NCBI GenBank assembly: GCA_030141605.1
Contig: JAQGDQ010000318.1
Coordinates: 124,001 to 188,000 of the forward strand
Source: Tubiluchus corallicola
Taxonomy: Eukaryota; Animalia; Priapulida
DNA length: 64,000 bases
Direction: 5' to 3'
Below are positions 48,197-61,130 of the stretch, piece after piece. The translations under genes were made by a program, and so were the position numbers. Positions within the stretch are counted from its first letter, which is position 1. Each line of letters begins with the position of its first letter. The notes beneath the pieces are model-generated. The model saw only the letters and a program-made list of their open reading frames with translations. It made no database searches and was not told where the DNA came from.

Positions 48197-49976
48197 CACT
48201 ATTGCCAGAAGTTTTGCTATTTCGCTTGTTGGTCAGGGTATTTTCAAAATTTTTCAGACCATCAAATTGTTTTGATGCCAAGAGTTCTTGGAGTCTGCCA
48301 ACAGAATTATCTGTTTCCCTTGCTGTGGACCATCTGATTCGATCAACAGAGAGATCTCTGCTGCCCACCATTCGGCTCCTTTGATTGGCCGTCCACCTGT
48401 CGGCCGACATTGTTCGACTGCTGGGACGATCAGGACGTTGGGTAGCACTTTGGCCCGAGTCTCTTAGCTGATGAACAGACTCTACAGAGCCGGAGTTTTT
48501 ACTAGCAAGTCTGTGTAACCGATTCTTATTGATTGAATGTTTGACGTTAGGTTTTCGTCGCAGTCGCCGTTTTTCACTTGTCGTGTTAGTGTTGCCAGCT
48601 CTCCTGTTCCTGCTGTCAATCTCGTTTCTCAAATTCATCAGTTCCACATCATGTCTGGAGTCAACCGCACCTACCATTTCGTCTTTGTTATTCAACATTT
48701 CTACGTTTCTGTATCTCGTCCTACTGGACATCACAGAAGAAAGGGTGTTACTGTAATTCCTGGGCATCTTGGACAGATAGGGCATTGCACTGTTGAGCAG
48801 GTCCTCGTTGCTTATGCAACGCCGCTTGTCTACTTCTCTGCTTCTCACCCATGCACTTTCGCTTGGAGACATCACCGCTGTTCTGGAGCTTTCCGGCAAC
48901 ATACCACTTCTCCTGTCCAACGTGGTGTCCAAACTTTGAGACCGCGCTCCGACAAAAACTTTGTTCCCCGGCTGATCACACCTTTTTGCTAAATACTGTA
49001 GACTGTTTCTGTAGAAATTTCTCTGCAGTCTTTCTCCACTTTTAAACCGGTCCACCGACGACGCCCGCGAAGATGAGGATGACGGTCTCGGACACGTATG
49101 TAAAAGTGGCTTCTGACTTTCATGCGTATCTTGAGCATTGCTGTTTGTCAAGAGCCTTTGTGGTCTCTCATTATTTCTAAACCGATCAACAGAGGATGCT
49201 CTAGAAAATGAAGACGGTGGTTCAGGACCAGTGCTTAACATTCTGTCATGTGATTGACTACGTGCATCCTTGATGACCGTAGAAACGGGGATGGACATCA
49301 CACTATTGCGATCAGACATCCGAGTGTATCTCTCTTTTGACTGTTCTCGCATTCTTTCCCATTGTGCTGATGTGATACTCACCCTGTCCCAAGAGCCTTC
49401 TCTTGCTGCTCTCTCTGGTTTGTGCAGACTACGAGGGGCAACGTCTCGAGGACGACCCCGTTCACGATCCTCGCGAGGGAGAGGAACGGTGCGGGATCGC
49501 GCAAAATTGTTGCTCTGCACTGGAAACTTGCTACCAGCTTTTGCAAAATAATCCCTCCTTGCCATGCGTTCGAACCTCTCCTTGATCATCTTCTGGTCAT
49601 TTGATTTCTCAATTTCAACAGGCGGATGACGCCTCACTTCACGTCCTATCCAATGGTCAGCAAATCTGGAACGTGGAGGATCGTATTCTGTTTTCCCCAC
49701 CAATCGGTCACTAGACAAGTCCCTTCTGGTACTTGTTCCAATCGCTTCCCTCTGTGACTTGTATTCTAATGCTCTTTTTTCTGCAAGAAATCGGTCAACA
49801 GATTTCGCACGGATCTTGTTAAGCTTTTCTCGGACGGTATCGAACACGTCCTTGTGTTTCTTTACCGAGTTTTTTACGTTTTTATTCGCAACATCAACAT
49901 CGGCTTCCACCTGTGACCATCGATTCTCATAAATTTGTCTGATGGTAGCCAAGTCTGCTATCCTTATAGATGCCAT
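48197..49976 (-). CDS. Large Arg/Ser-rich first coding exon, probably of the forked/espin-like gene
   Basis: 593 open codons from actATGgca at 49976; ends SGNS G|gtaagt, phase 1, compatible with the 35729 acceptor; recurrent SxDR motifs; no recognised domain. Confidence 0.75.
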
Positions 49977-52159
49977 AGTTTCATGCTTCAAATATCACGT
50001 TTTTACCACAATAAGATTATCAAACTGCCGCTAATGCTAATTTGGAAACAAATTGCTGATACCACTACTAATATCAAACGTGTAAACGATTACCATATCG
50101 TCTAAGCTTTAACTAAAGCATTGATCACAAGTTTCACGATGTATTTATAAGTGGTTAAATTGTACTAAATCACTTCTGGTAGATTTTAAGAAGTTTTCAA
50201 ACACAACTAAGTCACGACGTAAAAAACTGGCGAACGAACATGTTACAGTGTGAACTGCCAAACCATTACTGAAGCAAGCAACCTTTGCTGACAACAGCGC
50301 AAACACTCAACACACTTCTGAGAGAGAGTGAAAAATTGAGAGATAATTAGATAATTTGCCCTGAACTAGATCACGATACGCAACAACGAACAGGCGTTCT
50401 AGATGGGTGAAAAATTGCTGGCCCTTGGTCAGGAATCAAATCGTTCGCACGCCACCTCTTTCGCAAAATAGGAAGTTCTTTTCTACTGCAATAGTTTCAC
50501 ACTTCAAATAGTCTTAATAAACGGCAGGACAATGGGGAAACTGATAATGCAGATAGCGTAAACAATGATTACGAACTATTCCTCATTGTTTCATTTCCTC
50601 ATCTACTGTACTGAGTTCCTGTATAGCTATCATTCCATTTCACAGGTGGTTAGCGAGGTGAGGTATCCCGTTAGAAATCCGTTAGGATGTACAAAAAAAC
50701 GCCTTTTCGCCGTTTTCAGACTCCAAAGATAAGCGGTATTATTTTGCAAAGCCGACGAACTTGAACGACGGCAAAAAGATCAAACTTGATTGCAAATCTG
50801 TAAATTAATTTCGGTATCGTTGAACTCCGGGAATGATCATTACGGTTTAGAAGCGCGGCTCAGAAGTTTCCAGTTTTATGTAAACGCTAAACCTGTTGGA
50901 ATCCAGATCACAAAGTGACGTCACTGTCAAAGCAAATATGGCGGCCTAAATATTCGAGTTCCTTACGAAACGCAATATGTGCACAATAACACCACTCTGT
51001 TACACCAATATGTGGTTAATGCAGTAACAAAAACATCCAAACACGACACACCCCTTGCTTCTTAAAAAGTGACTAAGTTTTAGTCCTAGTCCAACTTTTA
51101 GAACTTACACCGATGTGATGTAAATGCAGTAACAAAAACGTTTATCCAAACACGATACACCCCTTGCTTGGTAAAAAGTGACCAAGTTTTAGTCCTAGAA
51201 CTTTTTGAACTTGAAACGTCCGGCTTCTCAAACGAACTTCTCAACCGTTTTGCACCTGGACGATCAATAGGAGACGAAACTACTTTAAAAGTTTTGAAAA
51301 GCGACCACCAATTGCAATAGGAACTACGATTGACTAAGCAAGAAACGTAGCAGTGGGCGTAATTGCTTAGAATTACTCCACCTTAAATTGATATTTCAAC
51401 AATCTTCATTATCACAATGTATATCTAGTCAATATACACCTGCTACTGTGAGAATACACCTCCAGTCCCGAGAGACGGCTGTGCAATGATAACGTTCCGC
51501 AACCACGAACTTTCGTCTCCTGGTATAATTACAAAATCCGGGAAAATATTACTAAAACGGTCAACGGATCATCCGATATAATTGCCTGTCACGGTTACGG
51601 TTCGACGGCGGGAGAACAATTAAAACGGCAACGGCCTAGAAAATTTCGGATTTGCGTAACTTGGCGCGCCAGAGTCGCCAGGGAAAAAAGTCGAGCGATT
51701 AAAACTTTAAAGTCAATCACTCAAGCTTTGTTGTCCATCATTCACGCTGCTTCGCTTTGACCCGTTCCACATCTGTCAGCGTGAATGGAGCCACGAGGAC
51801 ACGCGGGAAATAAACGTAAGTTTTTTGTGTTAAAATGTCAAGTTCAGTGTCCCTGTACCTACTTTTTACGATAGATAATAAGTAGGCTCGCTTCCTAGAG
51901 CCAGAGGGTGATAACAAACAAGAACTAGTTCACTTAGGTAAGTACTACTTCATCAAAATCACATAAACGTCGGAAAAATGCACCAGGGTGGTCCTAAAAA
52001 AGAACACCGGCGTAGAAAATTTGCTTGATTTAGCTGCTACGATTCAGTTTGCCTAGGTATGGCACAGAAAACCATCAAGAACGATTTCATTTCATTATTT
52101 ATATCCCGCGTTAACAACAGGAATAACACATGATGTTTTTGATAAACAAACATCAGAAA

Positions 52160-52590
52160 TATTGCTAGACATTCTTATGAAACTTTTTCCATATCTCAAG
52201 ACGTTGCAGCAGAAACTGAAGACTACGAAGAATCGTCTTCAAGAAGTATTGCTTGGCTTTCTTAGGAAACTTTTTCTATATCTCAAGACGCAGCAGCAGA
52301 AACTTAAGACTGTACACAGAGCCGTCTTCAAGAAGTATTGCTTGACCTTCTTAAGGAACTTTCTCGGTATCTCAAGACGCTGCAGCAGAAACTTAAGACT
52401 GTACACAGAACCGTCTTCAAGAGGTATTGCTTGACTCTCTTAAGAAACTTTCTCAGTATCTCAAGACGCAGCACCAGAAACTTAAGACTGTACACAGAGC
52501 TGTCTTCAAGAGGTATTGTTTGACTTTCTTAAGAAACTTTATCAGTATCTCAAGACGCAACAACAGAAACTTAAGACTGTACACAGAGAA
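52160..52590. repeat. ~89-bp tandem repeat (~5 copies)
   Basis: tatctcaagacgc.gcagcagaaacttaagactgtacacagagccgtcttcaaga repeated. Confidence 0.93.
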
Positions 52591-53335
52591 CTGTCTTTAC
52601 ACGTGTTTATTGTTCCCCTGCCTATAACTTCACTGCTGCTTCTACTGCAAACTTCTACCACCAGGGGCAAAGGTAACTGAACCAGGAATTAAGGCAAGAC
52701 AATGATGTTACAAGATGCTTCATCAAAAGCGCCTCTTTCACTAAACAACCAACACTCTACAGTTCTTCCCCTGCAGACACACAAAGCAGCTCTGTACTAC
52801 CCCCTGAAACTTCAATCTAACAAGAACTCAATTCAATTCGCTTTTAGTACAACAGTAAATATACAGTCTTGTCAACAACATGTGGACGTACCACACGGAG
52901 AACAATGGGCGCCATTCTGTACCGTTAATCCCCCTCCCTTCATTAAAAGGTCAACCGCCTGAGACTACTTTACATATACTGCTTTTCCAACAAAAACGAG
53001 CACCATCATGATTTGACGCCCCGCCTGGGGACCCGGACTGGCATTTTTTGCAAAATGGCACTACTGGACAAACACTAACATGTGTGTAATTTGTCAGATC
53101 CCTGTCAGGGCAATTTCCAGTGGGCGTTACCCGCGTAATGGGCGCCCCACCTAGTTGTGGCCGCCCTCTAATTGTAAACAAAGTGAAAAAAGTTGAAAAA
53201 CCCGTCATTTGGTAAACCACCCGCTTATAGTGTGAACGCTAAATTAATGTGATTATGTGAACTTTCCCTGGTAATTGATGAAACTACTAAGTGGATATTT
53301 AAAAGCCCGGAGGTAATGTTTAGGAAGAACAGAGT

Positions 53336-54023
<688 letters not shown>

Positions 54024-54058
54024 TCTTAACGGCAGCTTAATGATGGGAGAAAAATTAA

Positions 54059-54275
54059 AGGACAAGAAAACACTTTTCACAATCAGAGCTTAAAAAATCG
54101 TCCCGAAACTTTATATCACTACGTGCTACCTTACTGCGCATGTATTAGCAGTAACGCTATATGAAACTTGCAAACTTACTCCCGCCCTCGTTTCAAACAA
54201 GTCTAAACAGCATTATATAAAGATTGAAAAATAATCAGAGCATTCGTAGCACACTCTTTGCTAATTAAGCAAAAG
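54059..54275 (+). mobile_element. Family D terminal fragment
   Basis: TTAA|AGGACAAGAAAACAC..., similar to 9665-9910. Confidence 0.6.
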
Positions 54276-54314
54276 CTTTAATTATTTGAAATTGTCAGTA
54301 AGTTCGATAATGTG

Positions 54315-54630
54315 TTTTGGTGAATCAATGGTGCAAATTGGGATGGCGACTCAGCGACGTTTTACCAGGTGGAGTGGGTTTTAGTGAATCAATGGTGCAC
54401 ACTGGGATGGCGACTCAGCGACGTTTTACCAGGTGGAGTGGGTTTTGATGAATCAATGGTGCACACTGGGATGGCGACTCAGCGACGTTTTACCAGATGG
54501 AGTGGGTTTTAGTGAATCAATGGTGCACACTGGGATGGCGACTCAGCGACGTTTTACCAGGTGGAGTGGGTTTTAGTGAATCAATGGTGCACACTGGGAT
54601 GGCGACTCAGCGACGTTTCACCAGGTGGAG
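54315..54630. repeat. 64-bp tandem repeat x5
   Basis: ggatggcgactcagcgacg at 54341, 54405, 54469, 54533, 54597. Confidence 0.96.
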
Positions 54631-54911
54631 CGAATATTTGAAATTATTAAGAATTTTCTCTTTCAGTTACACAACTCTCAAACGGATACGCAGAATGCAA
54701 CCTAACATAACTTGGTATGGAAAGTTCTTGGAGACATGCCTTAAAATTGCCATAGTTTAAAAAGTTTGCAACACTCTAAAATGTTTTAGGAAATCCATTA
54801 ATTATAAAATGTCGTTATTATTATATAATTATATAATTATAAGTGTCGTTTTTATCGTATAATCAATGTTTGTAGAGAACAAATAAATACCGAAGAACAA
54901 ATAATATTTGA

Positions 54912-55440
54912 AGCAAAACTGGACCCAATAGCAAAGAACCCTTATAACCACACAAACACAGTTTCACTTTCGCGCCACAAGTTCTTCGCTGTTACATGCC
55001 ATTCGCGATTCGCTAATTAGACGGACACTAGCACCTGCATTTCGGAAACGTGTTGCACAAAAAACAGGTGCTACAGATGTGTTAGTTTGTGACATACTGC
55101 ACACCTTCAACAGCTCATGTGTGAGTGGACACGGTAATTTGAATTTTAATCTTAAAACTTGCCTAGTTTTAGTACAACACACTGAATATCTTACAGTAGC
55201 ACTGTACTTCAATTTTTGCTTTCACAAACACGTGCAACACGCTCGCGGAATATTTTTGCTGTTGAAAATTATGTTAGTTTGTGATGTGACAAACAGTTGG
55301 GTTCGCCCACAGGTTAATTAAGTTTCTAATCTATTACTCAGTTATCATTTACGCTTTTGCAGTATTAATTATGTTAAAATATATACTTTTTACCGTACTT
55401 GAAAATGGGGTAGTATATGAAAAATCATCCTATCTTCTTT
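54912..55440 (-). mobile_element. Kolobok-like family A, inverted copy
   Basis: Reverse complement of 21847-22116 plus 15660-16042 with internal deletions. Confidence 0.8.
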
Positions 55441-56004
55441 CAAAGTAATAATCATATTCAACATTACATAAGAGTGATAAAAGTAAAACCGCAACCGCGG
55501 GAAAGAATGGAAATTCAAAAACGTTCGTTTACATAAGTCCAATTAACAAACTAATTTATCTGACAACAAGAAAAACAACAACAATAAACAACAACGGTAA
55601 ACAAGGACACGTGTTGTGTTCTTTCAGTACATTTACTTTCGCTTTTAGCAACATGAGTTTAACGTAGTTCTACAACCAGGAACAGATTACACTGATCACC
55701 ATTCATCGTAACGAAAACGTTCCCCCTCAGATAATTCTAGATTATGAAAAGAACGTTAATGGCAAGCTGGTAGAATTCGTTTAATTACTAGAAATAGTGA
55801 AAGTTGATAACAGATCAACAGAAGCTCTTTTGACTATTGTGCTCCACGTACAGAAAACGAATTGAAAGAACCGAAAACGTTTCCAAAAACTTGTTTTCCT
55901 CGCAAATCAGTTTGGAACAGAAAACGAGTTAACTTCCTGAAAACTTCCTGTTTTCGAGCACGTCGATTACATCATTTGGAATTGGGTTACTGACAGTGAC
56001 ATCA

Positions 56005-56375
56005 CTAGTTTTGCATCACTACGCAAAGGAATACGCAATTCCCTACATCGTGCACGCCCTCTATCAATTTAGGCAGTGCAGAATTGACTTCAGTTCCATT
56101 ATCAGGTGTGCTTTCTTTAACACTTGTTTCTTTGAACATTTAATTTACTATAGGAGCTTGAACTTGGTCAGTCAACGAATTAATGTTTTCTTCTGCATCT
56201 TTAAGCTGACAATTATTAAGGATGTTTAGACTGATACCACAATCCTTTTCCTTTCCATTAGTGATAGCTTCTTCCAGAGCTGATGGAGAAAGATACGTGG
56301 ATTCAGACGCCTTGTAAACTTCAATGTCCAAAGACTTCAAACTTTTTTCAGAAAGTAACGTAATTATTTCAGTGT
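56005..56375 (-). pseudogene. Decayed tandem duplicate of the GPCR 2 C-terminal tail
   Basis: LKSLDIEVYKASESTYLSPSALEEAITNG..QAPIVN*MFKET..LIEGVHDVGNCVF parallels LKSLDAKAYKSSDATRLSPSALEEVVTNG..QAPIVNSTNSMFKET..LIEGMQDVGSCVF. Confidence 0.85.
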
Positions 56376-58391
56376 CACTACAGCAGGGAACACGCAACTC
56401 CCTACATCCTGCATGCCCTCTATCAATTTAGTCAGTGCCCAGTTAATTTTAGTTCCATTATCGGATGTGCTTTCTTCATCACGTGTTTCTTTGAACATTG
56501 AATTTGTGCTATTTACAATAGGAGCTTGAACTATGTTATTCAATGAATTACTGTTTTCTTCTACATCACCAGTCTGACAATTATTAAGGATGTTTGGACT
56601 GGTACCATATTGGCTGGAATGATGCTCTGAAGACACATCAGGGCAATGTACGTCTAAAACAGATCTTGTCCCAAACTCGCAATCTTCTTCATTTCCATTA
56701 GTAACAACTTCTTCTAGTGCTGATGGAGAAAGACGAGTGGCATCAGATGACTTGTAAGCTTTAGCGTCCAAAGATTTCAAACATTCTTCAGAAATTTCAT
56801 CAGTTATTTCAATTTCGTCAGGATTTCCACTAACAGAATTGATTTCAATACTTCCGTTTTTGCAGAAAATGCGTTCTGTTTCTTCTGCTGCAAAAGCATC
56901 CACTGCCTTTTTGGTCATGTTATTTTGTGCATCTCTAGTACTCTTTGTATAGTTCGTTACATTGTTTTCATCAATCTTGGTACCATGTTCCATCATATCA
57001 TCAGAAACACTCTCTGAGATACATTCTTTTACAACATTTGAGGTCCCTTTCTGCTCAGAGTATCTGTGGTCATCAGGTAGTTGTTGTTGTTGTTGACACT
57101 GTTGCCATTCTCTTTCAGTCGAATTCCTGGGCAAGACTTCAGTTTTTGCACTTAGTGAAGGTTTAACTACACTTGCTGGAGGATTGACTGTGTCACCTTT
57201 GCTTGAACGGTTCCCTTCTTCTTCTTCTTCTTCTTCTTCTTCTTCGAAATTCAGCACTTCTCCACTTGCTTCTGATGCTATTGCATCTAAAGACTGGAAA
57301 GAGGTCCTCGTCTGCATTGTATCAACTGAAATGGTATGCCTTAGCGAGTTGGAACTTGGTGCAACTGACGATACTTCTGTGTTGTTGCTACCTTGTTGCT
57401 CAACCATGACGGTGCCTCTTTTGAAAGTGCGGGTCTGATACCGACCGCAAAAAAGTATCTGCCCAAAAGCCTGCCGGAATGGCTGACTCTTCCAGCCGTA
57501 AACAAACGGGTTCACTGCCGAATTGCATATTCCCAAATACACCGTTACCGTGGTTACCCAGTGCACCCAACCAGACTCATTGAAGGAGATCACCATAGCG
57601 GTGCTTGCTATAATAAATGGTGTCCAGCAGACCACAAACAAGAGAACAACTAGAAGAATCGTCATGGCCAGTTGGTAACTGCCGTAAGGGTCAACCTTTT
57701 TCTGAATGCCTTCAAGTGACTGTCCTCGACACTTGGCACGCTTGATGTGGTACAAGTACAAAAGCCGCCCATAGATGGCGCACACACAAGTCACTAGGAT
57801 GAAGTACTCACTGTTCAAACTTAAGACGTATGCTTGGGTCATGACCCGGGTGTATCGACACGTATGTGTTTCCTCCCACTGATTCACACCCGCCAGTGGG
57901 AGGATGGCATGAGTAAAACTGATGATCCAACTCAAGACAATCAGCTGAATAACCCTCTTCTTGTTCATGATGCGCTTGTGGCGGTGTGGACAGGCTACTA
58001 TGATGTACCTGTCAATGGATATCAACAACAGGCTGACATTGGAGTGGACAGAGGACAGTATCATAGGGGCGTATCTAAACAAACAGGTGTATTTCTGCTC
58101 TAACAACCCAGGACAGTAGAGAGTCACCATCACGTAGACAACGTTGATGCCAGTCAGTAGATCCGCCACTGCCAGGTTTCCCACGAACATGTGAGTAACG
58201 CTGGCACTCAGGCCCTGGAACCGCCACACTGCAAGCACCACAAGGCCATTTCCCAGAACTATGACCAAGAACAAGACCACAGAGGCAAGAGTTTCTAAAC
58301 CAACTTTAAAGTAGTCAATCTCTGATGCAGTATAATTGTTTAATGTATCAAGCGCGAATGTAGAATTTTCTTCTTCCAGTAACAATTCCAT
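56364..58391 (-). CDS. Intronless class A GPCR (adenosine/aminergic-like orphan) with very long acidic C-tail
   Basis: GNGLVVLAV, NLAVADLLTG, ISIDRY, FVVCWTPF, NSAVNPFVYGWKSQPFRQAF; poly-Glu (GAA)n near 57216-57245. Confidence 0.92.
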   Translation of the reverse strand: MELLLEEENSTFALDTLNNYTASEIDYFKVGLETLASVVLFLVIVLGNGLVVLAVWRFQGLSASVTHMFVGNLAVADLLTGINVVYVMVTLYCPGLLEQKYTCLFRYAPMILSSVHSNVSLLLISIDRYIIVACPHRHKRIMNKKRVIQLIVLSWIISFTHAILPLAGVNQWEETHTCRYTRVMTQAYVLSLNSEYFILVTCVCAIYGRLLYLYHIKRAKCRGQSLEGIQKKVDPYGSYQLAMTILLVVLLFVVCWTPFIIASTAMVISFNESGWVHWVTTVTVYLGICNSAVNPFVYGWKSQPFRQAFGQILFCGRYQTRTFKRGTVMVEQQGSNNTEVSSVAPSSNSLRHTISVDTMQTRTSFQSLDAIASEASGEVLNFEEEEEEEEEEGNRSSKGDTVNPPASVVKPSLSAKTEVLPRNSTEREWQQCQQQQQLPDDHRYSEQKGTSNVVKECISESVSDDMMEHGTKIDENNVTNYTKSTRDAQNNMTKKAVDAFAAEETERIFCKNGSIEINSVSGNPDEIEITDEISEECLKSLDAKAYKSSDATRLSPSALEEVVTNGNEEDCEFGTRSVLDVHCPDVSSEHHSSQYGTSPNILNNCQTGDVEENSNSLNNIVQAPIVNSTNSMFKETRDEESTSDNGTKINWALTKLIEGMQDVGSCVFPAVVTLK

Positions 58392-59019
58392 AAATCAATA
58401 GTCAATAATTAATCAATAATCCAAGAAGACGATTTTTGAGCCCAATCTTCTTGTATAACGAATTTTTTTTCGACCACAATAATAATTTGATAAAAGGAAG
58501 CTGTGTATGCCTGTATCTTCGTAAATAAATCAATGATCAGTCTACGGCCAATGGAACGCGATCAATACAATGCGTCGAATACGAATTTATGTACTATTTA
58601 ACGAAGGTATCGTAGTCAGGCACAACCATTAGTGAAGTGCATATAATGCTATAGTCATGTAGATCATTTCACATTTTAACTGGGTAGAATTCGAACTAAG
58701 CAGGAAGTAGGGCCTACACTCTACATCCGGTACGATTAAAATTCGTGGGAAAAGTGATAAGGGAATTGTTACGGTACAGCAGCAGCCTATTGAGTTTTAC
58801 TACCTACACCTACACGATGAAGGGTTTAACCTTCACAAAATCTCAATGATACTCATTGGCGATTGAATCATGTGAACTTCGGTTTAAAGGAAAGGGCAAG
58901 CTTCTGCGAGGCTGGGTTTATTTCAGTATTTGAGAAAAAAGTTAGAAGTAAGTTTGTGATAAAAGTGCGATATAGCCGCCTCCTGTATTTAGTAAAATCA
59001 CAGACGTCGTGCTCATTTC

Positions 59020-59289
59020 ACAATACAATACAATGCAATGCAATGCAATACAATACAATACAATACAATACAATACAATACAATACAATACAATACAATA
59101 CAATACAATACAACACAACACAACACAACACAACACAACACAACACAACACAATACAATACAATACATCACAACACAACACAACACACCACAACAACAAA
59201 TACAATACAATACAATACAGCACAACAAATACAATACAATAGAATACAATACTATATAATATAAAGCAATACAACACAATAGAATACAA
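59020..59289. repeat. (CAATA/CAACA)n pentanucleotide repeat
   Basis: Direct reading. Confidence 0.97.
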
Positions 59290-59945
59290 ATGTGCTTGTT
59301 AAAAATGTGGAGCTAAAAACTGTATCAAAATGTTCCTGTAAACACTGTGCAGAAAAAACTGTACCAAAATGTTTTTTGTGAACACAGAACATCCAAAAAT
59401 TGTCTGAAAATATTCTCATGAACACTATGGGCCCGATTCAAAGAATAAACCACCAACGGTAACGGACCGGATTCGAGACCTTTCGTTTGATACGTAGATC
59501 TTTGGAGCTGTAGCCTCGAATCTTATATATATCCACATGCCACCCAAATTAATATATACGATGCTCCCCATACAACCAGGTGCAGCGGCCCGGCAAACCA
59601 AAAACCACAGACAGTGGCGTGCTGACATCTGGCGGGGTTAAAACAAACTGTTCAACAAAAAAAACAGAGATGTATTTAGCCTCATAAAGTCATATTTTCT
59701 ATTGCAATCCTATTAATTACGTCCTATTACGTAATCCTATTACAACATAACGCAATAATCCCCAAGGATAGGTTAATTATTTGAGTTATAAATGCGTGGA
59801 AAATCAATAATATGCCCTTGGTGGTTTGGACTTGAAAACGAAAGCGTATTAATTTGTCCATCATAATTTCATTATTCAACGCTAACATTAGCAGTATATC
59901 TCACAGCCATTGAAACGTTGACAACCCCCAAAAGAATTGCTTTAA

Positions 59946-60389
59946 AGGAAACAACAAGTCACTCAGTATGCTGGGTTTATTTTACTGTTATTACTTAAAC
60001 TTAGAAGAACTTTCTGTAAAGCATAAATTTAAAATGTACCTCTGAATAGATATTTTCAGGCGTAGTGGTTGCTGCCACTTGTTTGAAAATTATGACGTAA
60101 GGACGTCGTGGCTTTCCGTAAGGGCTAGCAGCTTAAACTAATTCAAACTTTTGCAACTTACCTAATGTTCACACAAAAATTTTACAAAATTAGTTATCTA
60201 TTTTTTTTGTAAAAATGTATTATAGCTTTTCTTCAAAAGGAATGACGTCATTGGAAGAATGGGCATTATGAGAGCGCCAAGCATAAAGTGATAACACGAA
60301 GGACTCTTTGCAGTTCTATTACTAAATATTCTAACATTTTTCGCGAATGTTGAAACAAACCTAACTTTCTAAAAGATTTGAACTTTCCT
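59946..60389 (+). mobile_element. Kolobok-like family C copy 2
   Basis: TTAA|AGGAAACAACAAGTCACTCAG ... TTGAACTTTCCT|TTAA; homolog 11651-12115. Confidence 0.82.
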
Positions 60390-60883
60390 TTAACAAATAG
60401 GAAAATTTGACACGGGTGGCATCAGATTAAGCTTGTTTTAAACCTTCTGTTATCAAAATTTCTTAGCAAATACCAAAGCTAACTCGGACTGAATTCTGCA
60501 GACAGGTCACACGGTGAATTGTCCAAAGTGACCAGGCTAAAAGGACACGAAAGAATTACTATAAAGCTCCCAGATTTTTCTAATTACCGCCCCATTTGGC
60601 ACTGTTTGCCTTAGCCTCCAATAAAATTATATAATCACAAGTGTAGAATAGTTACAATTGTGCAGTGTGGATATAAACACCTAGCTAATTGGGAGCTTTC
60701 TATCACAAACGAACCGGCGCCAAATCCTTTAATGACTGTTACACAATAGATAGACCTATTATACAATGAACAATGTCTTAATGTCTTAATAACAATGTCC
60801 TAATGACTGGTACTTTCATTTGACCAGTTTCCTCAATTAATTGAAAGTGGTGCAGCCTGTGTAAATTATGCCACTAAGAAATA

Positions 60884-61130
60884 CAATACTATTGCCTAGC
60901 AACAATTTTACAATTTAGAAAATCAATACTGTTGCCTAGCAACAATTTTACAATTTAGAAAATCAATACTGTTCCCTAGCAACAATTGTACAATTCAAAA
61001 AATCAATATTGTTGTCTAGCATCAATTTTACAATTTAGAAAATCAATACCGTTACCTAGCAACAATTGTACAATTCAGAAAATCAATACTGTTACTTAGC
61101 AACAATTGCACAGTTCAGAAAATCAATAAT
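60884..61130. repeat. 40-bp tandem repeat x6, each with an RFX X-box-like palindrome
   Basis: gttgcctagcaacaattttacaatttagaaaatcaatact; boxes at 60891, 60931, 60971, 61011, 61051, 61091. Confidence 0.93.
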
